Shown piece after piece: positions 1-8,656 of a stretch of DNA of 30,848 nucleotides (position 1 is the stretch's first letter; each line of letters starts with the position of its first letter). The stretch is from a virus, in the IMG/VR virus record IMGVR_UViG_3300045988_027937, positions 1-30,848 of that record; one strand, written 5' to 3'. A program made the position numbers and the translations under genes. The notes beneath the pieces were generated by a model. It saw only the letters and a list, made by a program, of their open reading frames with translations. It did not search any database and had not been told where the DNA came from.

Positions 1-99
1 GCCGGAAGTCGATTTGAGCGATTTTTGCTTTCAATTTGATTTTTTGCATAAATGTGATGATAATTTTATATCCGACGAAATTGCCCACCCAAAAAAAAC
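1..99. repeat. 99-bp terminal direct repeat, copy 1 (identical to 30750..30848); either a circular-closure overlap or terminal redundancy
   Basis: Read by eye: bases 1-99 and 30750-30848 are the same string (gccggaagtcgatttgagcg...ttgcccacccaaaaaaaac). An ORF runs in frame through the join. Confidence 0.95.
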
Positions 100-937
100 T
101 CTTGTCGATAAGTTTGTCGTTCCTCCGTTTTCTGTGTTCGATACAAGGCAAGGGTATTGGCAAGATAGAAAAAGAGCGTGGAAAAGTAAATGCGATTTCA
201 CTGAATTTGACGCACGAAACGGTACCTCTTATTTTGATCCGGTTGTTTGTGAATTGATGTATCGCTGGTTTAACGTAAAAGGTGGAAGCATTCTTGACCC
301 GTTTTCTGGCGGGTCTGTTCGAGGAGCAGTTGCGTGCATTCTTGGATATGAATATTACGGATTCGATTTGCGCCGTGAACAAATTGACGCAAATATGGCC
401 GTCGCTGCAAAGAATAAAATTCATCCGGAATATTATTGCGACGACAGCGCCAATATCGATGAATACATCGAAGATTGCAGTGTTGATTTTGTCTTTAGTT
501 GCCCACCGTATGTAGATTTTGAAGTTTACAGCGACGACCCAAGAGATTTATCAAATATGAATTATGACGATTTTTTGCACGCGTATGCAGAAATAATACA
601 AAAATGTTGCAGAAAATTGAAAAATAATAGATTTGCGGCGTTTGTTGTTGGTGAAGTGAGAGACAAAAAAGGTTTTTATCGTGACTTTGTAGATAAAACC
701 AAAAAGGCGTTTTCGGACTCCGGATTGCATTTTTATAACGACATTGTCATTGTAAACGCGATTGGGACAGGAGCAGCTCGGGCTTCTCGTCAATTTAATG
801 CGAAAAGAAAAGTTGTTAATCTTCATCAAAAAATATTAGTGTTTTATAAAGGCGACGAAAAACAAATTCACGGCGTTTTCGGTGATGTCGATTTACCAAA
901 CGAAAGTGAAATTTTAAGTACAACTGAAATGGAGTGA
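2..937 (+). CDS. DNA N6-adenine/N4-cytosine-type methyltransferase domain; 3' part of the ParB-MTase fusion
   Basis: AdoMet-binding motif I DPFSGGSVRG is followed about 65 aa later by a motif-IV-like FSCPPY. The peptide LPEVDLSDFCFQFDF is encoded at both window ends. The track ORF 14..937 only begins at an internal TTG. Confidence 0.85.
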   Translation, partial: PEVDLSDFCFQFDFLHKCDDNFISDEIAHPKKTLVDKFVVPPFSVFDTRQGYWQDRKRAWKSKCDFTEFDARNGTSYFDPVVCELMYRWFNVKGGSILDPFSGGSVRGAVACILGYEYYGFDLRREQIDANMAVAAKNKIHPEYYCDDSANIDEYIEDCSVDFVFSCPPYVDFEVYSDDPRDLSNMNYDDFLHAYAEIIQKCCRKLKNNRFAAFVVGEVRDKKGFYRDFVDKTKKAFSDSGLHFYNDIVIVNAIGTGAARASRQFNAKRKVVNLHQKILVFYKGDEKQIHGVFGDVDLPNESEILSTTEME

Positions 938-938
938 T

Positions 939-1334
939 TTGTTCTTGGGTAGACCACGAGCAGAAATAAGCCAAATTGAATTTGAAAAACTCTGCGGCCT
1001 GCAATGCACGCAAGAAGAGATTTGCGGCTGGTTTGGAGTTTGTTCTGATACGCTGGAGTCTTGGTGCAAGAGAACTTATGAGATGAATTTTTCGGAAGTT
1101 TTCAAGGAAAAGCGTGGCGTGGGGAAAATATCATTGCGCCGCGCCCAGTTTCGATTGGCGGAAAAGAACGCAAATATGGCAATTTGGCTCGGAAAGCAGT
1201 ACCTTGGCCAAAGTGACCGAGGCGAGTACACCGTTGCGGTTGACAGGCGGGAAGATGACCCGCTGACCTTGGCACTGAAAGAAACCGCGAGAGCAATAGA
1301 ACAGAACGAGGGAAGCAATGCCGGCATTAAGTGA
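939..1334 (+). CDS. terS: Terminase small subunit (HTH-type)
   Basis: 131 aa, located directly upstream of and overlapping the large terminase. An N-terminal HTH-like segment is followed by SLRRAQFRLAEKNANMAIWLGKQYLGQSD, typical of P27-type small terminases. TTG start. Confidence 0.75.
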   Translation: MFLGRPRAEISQIEFEKLCGLQCTQEEICGWFGVCSDTLESWCKRTYEMNFSEVFKEKRGVGKISLRRAQFRLAEKNANMAIWLGKQYLGQSDRGEYTVAVDRREDDPLTLALKETARAIEQNEGSNAGIK

Positions 1335-2547
1335 TAAGCAGCTGCAAATCTTGGCGTTTCCTTACACGCGCTTTGACGCTTTGATTGCCGATGGCGCCAT
1401 CCGTTCCGGTAAGACCGTTTGGATGATGTATGCGTTCGTTGAGGACGCTATGCGCCGATATGACAGGCAGCGGTTTGGCATTTGCGGAAAGACCGTTGAC
1501 AGCGCCGTAAAAAACATAGTTGTGCCATACCTTGGAATGACCGAGCCGAGGGAGCGGTTGGACATACAATGGTGTCGGAGCGACAAGCTGCTTGTTGTTC
1601 GGTGTGGCCAGGTCGAGAATTATTTTGAAATATTCGGCGGCAAAGATGAAAGCAGCTTCACGCTCATTCAAGGGCGAACGCTGGCGGGTATTCTGCTGGA
1701 CGAGGTTGCACTAATGCCCCGGTCGTTTGTAGAGCAAGCACTCTCCCGCTGCTCGGTTGATGGATCAAAGTTTTGGTTTAACTGCAACCCGGACAGCCCG
1801 CAGCACTGGTTTTACACCGAATGGGTGAGCCAGCCGGAGTCGCACAATGCCTTGCGGCTGCATTTTGAGTTGCGAGACAACCCGGCGCTGACGGAGCACA
1901 TACTCAAGCGTTATGAGACGATGTACACTGGAGTATTCTACCGGCGGTACATTCTCGGTGAGTGGTGCGTCGCCGAAGGCTTGGTTTACGATTTTGGCGA
2001 GGACAATATAACCGACGAGGTGCCGACGAATGGAGAGTATTATATCTCAATTGACTACGGCACGCAAAATCCGTTCTCTGCTGGCCTGTGGTGTGTTTTA
2101 GGTTCAAAGGCAACAAGGGTTAAGGAGTTCTATTATAATGGCCGCCAAAAGGCTGTACAAAGGACAGACGAGCAGTATTGCGACGATGTGGAGCAGCTGG
2201 CTGATGGATATAAAATCCGAAAGGTCATTGTTGACCCGTCTGCGGCTTCATTTATCGCAGCACTGCGGCAGCGTGGCTTCAATGTCATTAAAGCTGACAA
2301 TACAGTCCTTGACGGCATTCGCCGGGTATCGGTTTACCTGCACGCTGGCAACATCCAAATTCACCGCTCTTGCGTTGACAGCATTGCAGAGTTTGGGCTA
2401 TATCGCTGGGACGACAAGGCAGGGGACGACCGAGTGGTTAAGGAGAACGACCACGCGATGGACGATATTCGCTATTTTGTAAACACGATTTTGCGTAAAA
2501 AAATCGGCAAAAAAGAAAGTCCGCTTATTCTAAATGCGGCTAAATAA
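1318..2547 (+). CDS. terL: Terminase large subunit (PBSX/Terminase_3-like)
   Basis: 409 aa with Walker A DGAIRSGKT, Walker B-like GILLDEV, then a C-terminal nuclease half. Positioned between the small terminase and the portal. Confidence 0.9.
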   Translation: MPALSDKQLQILAFPYTRFDALIADGAIRSGKTVWMMYAFVEDAMRRYDRQRFGICGKTVDSAVKNIVVPYLGMTEPRERLDIQWCRSDKLLVVRCGQVENYFEIFGGKDESSFTLIQGRTLAGILLDEVALMPRSFVEQALSRCSVDGSKFWFNCNPDSPQHWFYTEWVSQPESHNALRLHFELRDNPALTEHILKRYETMYTGVFYRRYILGEWCVAEGLVYDFGEDNITDEVPTNGEYYISIDYGTQNPFSAGLWCVLGSKATRVKEFYYNGRQKAVQRTDEQYCDDVEQLADGYKIRKVIVDPSAASFIAALRQRGFNVIKADNTVLDGIRRVSVYLHAGNIQIHRSCVDSIAEFGLYRWDDKAGDDRVVKENDHAMDDIRYFVNTILRKKIGKKESPLILNAAK

Positions 2548-2562
2548 AAACACGATGAAAGG

Positions 2563-4134
2563 GTGGTTACAATTTCTACTTATTTGACTTTCCAAGACCT
2601 TGAAGCGTGCGGGGCATTTGAGGGCAAACGGCAGGCGTTTGTCCTTTCCGCTATCCGCCAGCACAAGGCAGGGCAGCTTTACCGGACTGCTTGCCGGGCG
2701 TGGGAGTATTATCGCGGGTTAAATCCGACGATAATGCACTATGAAAAGTTAATCTATGACTTGCGTGGCGACGCTCATATTGACAGATGGGCACCGAACC
2801 ACAAGATCACAAGCAATTTTTTCAATTTTGCGATCACGCAAGAAAATCAGTATTTGCTCGGTAACGGTGCCATTTTTGGCGATAAAAAGACAAAGGAAAA
2901 GCTGGGCGGCGGACAAGGTGAACTGCACGGCGGTTCTTATGACTTTGACTACCAACTGCAGAATATCGGCAAGTCTGCTTTGATTGGCGGCGTGGCTTTT
3001 GGCTTTTGGAACCTTGACCATCTTGATGTGTTCGATGTGACAGAGTTCGTCCCTTTGTTTGATGAGGAAAGCGGAGCGCTGCGTGCTGGCATTCGCTTTT
3101 GGCAGCTTGCAGACGACAAGCCGCTGCGGGCAACTCTTTATGAAGTGGACGGCTACACGGAGTACCTAAGCCCGACTGGCACCAATGAAAAAATCTTGAT
3201 TATTCAGCCAAAGACCGCCTACAAGATGAAGGTGCGGCACTCTATCGCTGACGGAACCGAAATTTACGACTTCGAGAATTACCCGGAATTCCCGATTGTT
3301 CCGCTGTATGGCAACGACAAGAAGCAGTCGGAGTTGGTTGGTCGGCAGGGTACGCTCGACGCATTTGACCTTATCAACAGCAACCTCGTGAACAACGTTG
3401 ACGAGGGCAACATGATCTACTGGGCGATCACCAACGCTGGCGGAATGGACGATGAGGACGACCAGCGGTTCTTGGAGCGGTTGCGGACAATGCATGTTGC
3501 TCATATTGACGATGACGGCGCGCAGGTTGAAGCCCACACAGTTGAAGCACCGATAAGCGCGTCCGACGCTGCGATTGATACAATCAAGGCGCGGCTGTAC
3601 GAGGACTTCATGTGCTTGAACGTTCTCGACCTTTCGGCAAACTCAAAAACTGCCACGGAAATCCGGGCGGCATATCAGCCGCTTGACAGCAAGACGGATA
3701 TGTTCGAGTATTGCGTTACGAATTTTGTGGAAAAGATTTTGCAGATTGCAGAAATCACCGACAGCGTCAGCTTCAAGCGGTCAAAGATTGTAAATCAATC
3801 CGAGGAAATGCAGATGGTTCTTTCCGCTGCCGAGTATTTGGACGACGAAACAATTACAGAGCAAGTCTGCTTCTTGCTTGGTATTGGCGACCAGGCGGAT
3901 GAGATCATCAAGAGAAAGAGAGACGAAGAGGGCAGCCGGGTCGAGATTGACGACGCACCAGCCCTTGATGGAGCAGAACCGGCAGGGAAGCAGTCAGAGC
4001 AGGATGTTGGCCAGCAAGGTAATGAGCCGACCGGAAGCGGGCAGGCTGACGACTTGGACGCCTTGACGGATGAGGAATTGCAGGCGCTGCTTGAAAAGAT
4101 CACCGAGAAGATGAAAAAGAAAGGCGGAAAATAA
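2563..4134 (+). CDS. Portal protein (SPP1 gp6-like)
   Basis: 523 aa, immediately after terL, with an acidic C-terminal tail. GTG start after AAAGGG. Confidence 0.85.
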   Translation: MVTISTYLTFQDLEACGAFEGKRQAFVLSAIRQHKAGQLYRTACRAWEYYRGLNPTIMHYEKLIYDLRGDAHIDRWAPNHKITSNFFNFAITQENQYLLGNGAIFGDKKTKEKLGGGQGELHGGSYDFDYQLQNIGKSALIGGVAFGFWNLDHLDVFDVTEFVPLFDEESGALRAGIRFWQLADDKPLRATLYEVDGYTEYLSPTGTNEKILIIQPKTAYKMKVRHSIADGTEIYDFENYPEFPIVPLYGNDKKQSELVGRQGTLDAFDLINSNLVNNVDEGNMIYWAITNAGGMDDEDDQRFLERLRTMHVAHIDDDGAQVEAHTVEAPISASDAAIDTIKARLYEDFMCLNVLDLSANSKTATEIRAAYQPLDSKTDMFEYCVTNFVEKILQIAEITDSVSFKRSKIVNQSEEMQMVLSAAEYLDDETITEQVCFLLGIGDQADEIIKRKRDEEGSRVEIDDAPALDGAEPAGKQSEQDVGQQGNEPTGSGQADDLDALTDEELQALLEKITEKMKKKGGK

Positions 4135-4250
4135 TGGGAACTGAAATTCAAGACGGCTGTGTTGTATTCTATCAGTGGTACAAAGGTAAGTTGGTCAGCA
4201 TTCCATACGATGGTTCCGTAGCTGCTGACCCGGAAGCGTCAAAGAACTAA
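4134..4250 (+). CDS. Small hypothetical protein (38 aa)
   Basis: Its ATG overlaps the portal stop (TAATG). It encodes MGTEIQDGCVVFYQWYKGKLVSIPYDGSVAADPEASKN and fills the portal/gp7 gap. It is below the track's size cutoff. Confidence 0.35.
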   Translation: MGTEIQDGCVVFYQWYKGKLVSIPYDGSVAADPEASKN

Positions 4251-4266
4251 AAAGGAGGCGCCAGCG

Positions 4267-5196
4267 TTGGCAGATAAGGCACACAGAGAAACAGACAAGT
4301 TATTGCTTTCGCTGGAGCGCCGCATTCGGCGGATATACCGGCAGACGCAAGATGAGGTGCGGCAGGCCTGGGACGCTTATATGGCGGAAACCGAGCCAAG
4401 GCTGGCCAGCTTGCAAGAGCGGTATGAAGCCGCCAAGAAAACCGGCGACAAGGCAGAAATCAAGCGGGCTGGTCGTGAGTTGGCATTTGCCAAGCGTGAA
4501 ACGACTGTACAGAATGACCGGTTCAAGAGCATTGCGGAACAGACCGCCGAGAACTTGAGCCGGGTTAATGAAATCGCGCTTGAATACACCAACGGCAGGC
4601 TGCCGGAAGTCTACGCTTTGAATTACAATGCGATAGGGAAAGCCGCCAAGCGAGAACTGCGGGGCTTTTCCTTTTCGCTGGTAGACGCTCACACGGTTGA
4701 GAATTTGATCTTGCGAGGTGATCGCTCCCTGTTGCCGCTGCGGAAGCTGAACAAAGCCAAGGATGTCCGGTGTAATATGAAGAAAATCAATTCCGAGGTC
4801 CTTCAAGGAATTCTGCAAGGAGACAGCATTCCGAAGATTGCAAACCGCATTGCCAAGGTGCAGCAAATGAATATGCACGCAGCTGTTAGAACTGCACGGA
4901 CGGCTGTCACCGGTGCTGAAAACAAAGGGCGTATGGATATGCTCGGCGAGATGGAAGAAAAGGGCGTTGTGGTCAACAAAATGTGGATTGCTGCGCACGA
5001 CGCCAGGACGAGAGACTGGCACGCCGAACTCGATATGAAGTCCGTGCCGCAGGATAAGCCGTTCGTTAATTCTATCGGCTCTATAATGTACCCAGGTGAC
5101 CCGGCGGCAGACCCTGCGAATACATACAACTGCCGCTGTGCCCTTGGATACAAGATAGTAGGTTTCAAACCGCTTAGTGAGGTAAGCAAAAAATGA
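4267..5196 (+). CDS. Head morphogenesis / minor capsid protein (SPP1 gp7, Mu F-like)
   Basis: 309 aa, follows the portal. The C-terminal DWHAELD...PGDPAADPANTYNCRCAL segment is the signature end of the gp7/F family. TTG start after AAAGGAGG. Confidence 0.85.
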   Translation: MADKAHRETDKLLLSLERRIRRIYRQTQDEVRQAWDAYMAETEPRLASLQERYEAAKKTGDKAEIKRAGRELAFAKRETTVQNDRFKSIAEQTAENLSRVNEIALEYTNGRLPEVYALNYNAIGKAAKRELRGFSFSLVDAHTVENLILRGDRSLLPLRKLNKAKDVRCNMKKINSEVLQGILQGDSIPKIANRIAKVQQMNMHAAVRTARTAVTGAENKGRMDMLGEMEEKGVVVNKMWIAAHDARTRDWHAELDMKSVPQDKPFVNSIGSIMYPGDPAADPANTYNCRCALGYKIVGFKPLSEVSKK

Positions 5197-5531
5197 GCGA
5201 AAGCGTAACAGTAAAAGACAACACGGAAGAATTTGAAGAGGCACTACAAAATGCTATCGAGCGCGGGCTTGAAGCTATCGGAGCGTCGGCGGAGACGCAC
5301 GCAAAGACGAATGTGCGGGACTTTCCACGAGTTGACACCGGGCGACTTATGAACAGCATTTCACACGCCACCACTAACAAAGCGGCGTATATTGGCACAA
5401 ATGTTGAATATGCGCTGTATGTAGAGGAGGGCACCCGAAAAATGGCGGCTGCCCATTATTTACGAAATGCCGCGACTCAAAATACTGCGGAGTACAAGCA
5501 ACTGCTTGAGGACAGCCTGCGAAACGCTTAA
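5193..5531 (+). CDS. HK97 gp10-family protein
   Basis: 112 aa. RVDTGRLMNSISH...AAYIGTNVEYALYVEEGT matches the gp10-family core (vDTG.L..Si ... Ya..vE.G). Confidence 0.65.
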   Translation: MSESVTVKDNTEEFEEALQNAIERGLEAIGASAETHAKTNVRDFPRVDTGRLMNSISHATTNKAAYIGTNVEYALYVEEGTRKMAAAHYLRNAATQNTAEYKQLLEDSLRNA

Positions 5532-5553
5532 TCATTAACTTTTTGTATAATCG

Positions 5554-5582
5554 TTGACAAAAAATTCTGCTTGCTGTATAAT
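5554..5582 (+). promoter_or_regulatory. Consensus sigma-A promoter TTGACA-17-TATAAT upstream of the scaffold/capsid genes
   Basis: TTGACA at 5554-5559, 17-nt spacer, TATAAT at 5577-5582, located in the 166-bp gap 5532-5697. Confidence 0.7.
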
Positions 5583-5697
5583 TAAGGCAAGAACAAAAAT
5601 CTAACGGCAAAGAAAAGCCGCCGAGGAAAAGGAGACAAGGTTCTTTTGGCATTGGCGGTCATTGCTACGAAAAAGAACGGAGGAATGACTTATCGCA

Positions 5698-6303
5698 TTG
5701 ACAAGAAAAATGCTCAAAGCAATGGGCATTGGCGAGGAACAGATTGACCAAATCATTGAAGCCCACGCCGACACGGTGGACGCACTGAAAGAGGAGCGGG
5801 ACACCTTGAAAGGCAAGGCGCAGGAATTGGCGAGCGTCCAAAAGGAATTGGACGAAACGAAAAAGCAGCTTGAAGCAGCCGGGGATAACGATGGCTACAA
5901 GAAGCATTATGATGACCTTAAGCAAGAGTTTGACGAATTCAAACAGGCCGCAAGCGTTAAGGAAGCACACACGGCAAAGGCGACGGCTTACCGTAAATTA
6001 TTACAGGCCGCAGGAGTTTCCGATAAACGAGTTGACAGCGTGTTGAAGGTGTCGGACATCGACAGTATCGAACTTGACGCAAAAGGCCAAATCAAGGGCG
6101 CTGACAAGCTGACGGAAGCCGTCAAAACTGAATGGGCTGACTTCATCGTGTCCGAGGGGCAGAGAGGTGCGAACACTTCAACGCCGCCCGGGAACACGCA
6201 GAATAAGACCGTTTTTTCCGCTGATGATATGAAGAAAATGTCTGCCGCAGAAATCAATGCCAATTGGGAGAATATCAAACAGTCGTTGAAATCGACAAAC
6301 TAA
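5698..6303 (+). CDS. Scaffolding protein
   Basis: 201 aa, highly charged and coiled-coil (E/K/D/Q-rich), directly upstream of the major capsid gene. The start is uncertain (TTG 5698 or ATG 5710). Confidence 0.75.
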   Translation: MTRKMLKAMGIGEEQIDQIIEAHADTVDALKEERDTLKGKAQELASVQKELDETKKQLEAAGDNDGYKKHYDDLKQEFDEFKQAASVKEAHTAKATAYRKLLQAAGVSDKRVDSVLKVSDIDSIELDAKGQIKGADKLTEAVKTEWADFIVSEGQRGANTSTPPGNTQNKTVFSADDMKKMSAAEINANWENIKQSLKSTN

Positions 6304-6326
6304 ATTGAAAAAGGAGCAAGAAAAAG

Positions 6327-7184
6327 ATGGCTATTTCTTCTTTTATCCCGCAAATTTGGGACGCACGACTGCTGAATGCGCTGGATAAATCGCATGTCTT
6401 CGCTAATGTGGTCAATCGTGACTACGAGGGCGAAATCAAGCAGCAGGGTGATACCGTTAAAATCAACACTATTGGTGCTGTAACCATCGGCGACTACACC
6501 AAGAACACCGATTTTACCAGCGGCCCGGAAGCGCTGGCTACCACCGCACAGAGCCTGACCATCGACCAGGCTAAATACTTCAACTTCCAAGTTGACGATG
6601 TGGACGCTGCCCAGGCTGCCGGTGATGTGATGGACAAGGCAATGGAGCGCGCAGCTTATGGCTTGAACGACGCCGCTGACGCTTACCTGGCTAAACAGTT
6701 GGCCGATTCTATCACCGCTGGCAACGGCAACCTTGTTGCTACCGACGCTGTGGCGCTGACCGCTGCAAATGTGTACGAGAACGTCGTCAAAATGAAGCTG
6801 CTGCTTGACAAGGCGAATGTGCCCACTGTCGGCCGTTGGCTGGTAGCACCTCCCGAGATGATCGCTCTCATCTTGCAGGACGACCGCTTCGTTAAGACCG
6901 GCGGTTCTATGGCCGAGGATGTGCTACAGAACGGCGTTGTCGCTCGTGCTGCTGGTTTTGACATTTATATGTCAAACAACTGTTTCAGCAAGACCGCAAC
7001 CGGCACCACGACCTTTACTGTCACCGCTGGCGACGAGGGTGCGTGCACCTATGCCGAGCAGATTGTGAGCACCGAGGCTTATCGCCCCGAGAAGCGCTTT
7101 GCTGACGCCGTGAAGGGTCTGCATGTGTATGGCGCAAAAGTTGTTGACGCTAAGCGTCTGGCCGGTTTGAAGTGCACATTCTAA
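6327..7184 (+). CDS. Major capsid protein
   Basis: 285 aa following the scaffold. The N-terminus MAISSFIPQIWDARLLNALDKSHVFANVVNRDYEGEIKQQGDTVKIN is typical of this capsid family. RBS AAAGGAG. Confidence 0.8.
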   Translation: MAISSFIPQIWDARLLNALDKSHVFANVVNRDYEGEIKQQGDTVKINTIGAVTIGDYTKNTDFTSGPEALATTAQSLTIDQAKYFNFQVDDVDAAQAAGDVMDKAMERAAYGLNDAADAYLAKQLADSITAGNGNLVATDAVALTAANVYENVVKMKLLLDKANVPTVGRWLVAPPEMIALILQDDRFVKTGGSMAEDVLQNGVVARAAGFDIYMSNNCFSKTATGTTTFTVTAGDEGACTYAEQIVSTEAYRPEKRFADAVKGLHVYGAKVVDAKRLAGLKCTF

Positions 7185-7226
7185 GCGAAGCAAAACCGAA
7201 TTAAGACCTAAGACAAGGAAGGCGGC

Positions 7227-7658
7227 GTGACTATGCTGACAGAAATTTGTGCAAAGTTGCACAACTACTTCTTGGTTCCGAATGGAATTCACAAGGGGGA
7301 GTTCAAAATTGAAGGCGGCAAAATCACGCCGCTGGACTTTTTGCAGGAAGGTCAATACTTCCGCATCGTGGGGAGCGTCTTTAATGATGGCGTTCATAGG
7401 TATGCCGAGGCTGACTCGGATTTGACCGACGAGGCTTTCAGCGGGGCGATATGGGCACTGGCGATACCTCCTAAACTGGTGGACTTATCAAGGGAAATCA
7501 AGGCGTTTTGCGAGAGCGAGGCGGGCAAGCCCGGCGCATTTGTGAGCGAAAGTTTCGGCGGATATTCTTATAACCGAGGAACGGACACAAACGGTGCTGC
7601 GCTTGACTGGCCTGCTGTCTTTCGTTCACGCTTAAACGAATGGAGGAAACTGCAATGA
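7227..7658 (+). CDS. Head-tail connector/neck protein (putative)
   Basis: 143 aa. Named from its position after the capsid gene, with translational coupling to the next gene. Confidence 0.45.
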   Translation: MTMLTEICAKLHNYFLVPNGIHKGEFKIEGGKITPLDFLQEGQYFRIVGSVFNDGVHRYAEADSDLTDEAFSGAIWALAIPPKLVDLSREIKAFCESEAGKPGAFVSESFGGYSYNRGTDTNGAALDWPAVFRSRLNEWRKLQ

Positions 7659-8011
7659 GCCTTTTGGCACAAGCAATGACAGAGTGCGTCTTTGTACGGA
7701 AAATCGACAAGCCGGACGGCGAGGGCGGATATACCACCAGCTGGGTGGATGGTGCACCGTTTAAGGCGGCAATCACTTTTGACAGTTCGATGGAAGCACG
7801 CACGGCGGAAAAAGCAGGAGTTACAAGTCTGTACACCGTTACCGTTCCAATCGGCACACGGATTGAATATTACGATGTGTTCAAGCGGCTGTCGGACGGC
7901 AAAGTGTTCCGTGTGACTTCCGACGGCGACGACAAGATGACGCCAAAATCCGCCAGCTTCCAAGTGTTCCAAGTGACGGCTGAGGAGTTCACGCCCAGCG
8001 TTGGCGGGTAA
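7640..8011 (+). CDS. Head-closure / head-tail adaptor protein (SPP1 gp16-like, putative)
   Basis: 123 aa. Named from its position and the GGYTTSWVDGAPFKAAI segment typical of head-closure proteins. Confidence 0.5.
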   Translation: MEETAMSLLAQAMTECVFVRKIDKPDGEGGYTTSWVDGAPFKAAITFDSSMEARTAEKAGVTSLYTVTVPIGTRIEYYDVFKRLSDGKVFRVTSDGDDKMTPKSASFQVFQVTAEEFTPSVGG

Positions 8012-8034
8012 AATAAGCCGTCAGCGGGCGAGAA

Positions 8035-8230
8035 TGTAGCATTGTAGGCGCCGTTGTAGTGGCAGTTTGTAGTATGCCAAAAATGGCGCCGTTGAGCCAA
8101 AAACAAGGTACTTTATATACTCTCTCTACAAACTCTACAAAGTTTTAGAGAGTAATATAAAGAGGGGCATATATATTGAAATATATTAAATACAGAACCT
8201 TGTTTTGTTGTAGCTTTTGTAGTTTTGTAG
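8035..8230. repeat. Iteron module A: 4x TGTAG, dyad, 2x CTACAAA, AT-rich core, 3x TTTTGTAG
   Basis: TGTAG starts at 8035, 8043, 8055 and 8068. The dyad AATGGC-N8-GCCAAA lies at 8082-8101. CTACA starts at 8126 and 8135. The AT-rich core spans 8140-8208. Further TGTAG copies start at 8209, 8218 and 8226. It lies in a 246-bp non-coding gap and is colinear with 29771-29960. Confidence 0.85.
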
Positions 8231-8257
8231 TAAAGTCCAAAGGGGAGGGCAAAGCAA

Positions 8258-8641
8258 ATGGCGCAGACCAAAGCGGCAGCGATACAAGCGTTTTTTGAGC
8301 GCTTCCTGCCAGCGTATGAGGAGACGACGGTGCCGCAGGGCGCAGCACTGCCGTATTTGACGTACGCGCTTGTGACAGACAGCTTTCACGCTGATGGAAG
8401 CGGCGATACCAGCATTTCCGTTTCGTTGTGGTACAGGGGAACGACTTGGAAGCCGTGCAATGCGATGGCCGACAAGATGAGCGAGACACTTGGCTTTGAC
8501 GGATTAGTCATTCCCGCTGCTGATGGCTATATATGGCTAAAGCGCGGCACGCCGTTTGCGCAGAATATGTCCGACCCGGACGACGACCAAATCCGGCGGA
8601 AGATAATCAATGTCACCGCCGAATATCTAACAAAAAATTAA
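8258..8641 (+). CDS. Neck/tail-completion protein (putative)
   Basis: 127 aa, RBS AAAGGGGAGGG, positioned just before the major tail protein. Confidence 0.4.
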   Translation: MAQTKAAAIQAFFERFLPAYEETTVPQGAALPYLTYALVTDSFHADGSGDTSISVSLWYRGTTWKPCNAMADKMSETLGFDGLVIPAADGYIWLKRGTPFAQNMSDPDDDQIRRKIINVTAEYLTKN

Positions 8642-8656
8642 GAAAGGATTTATGAA

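Noticed and set aside
4300-5244. 314-aa minus-strand ORF, the longest antisense ORF in the window
   Set aside because: It is fully antisense to the gp7-like head morphogenesis gene, whose family signature (NTYNCRCAL) is unambiguous. It has no RBS, and its R/L/P-rich composition is typical of a shadow frame.
8092-8120. Sigma-A-like promoter TTGAGC-16/17-TATATA inside module A
   Set aside because: The -35-like hexamer is not conserved at the equivalent position of module B (CAAAGC, 19-nt spacing). I cannot support a promoter call from sequence alone, so it is kept as a hypothesis within the module findings.
8035-8230. Whether the TGTAG repeat clusters are a CRISPR array or a mini-array
   Set aside because: The repeats are 5-8 nt with 3-8 nt between them, occur in both orientations, and have no 25-40 nt repeat/spacer periodicity.
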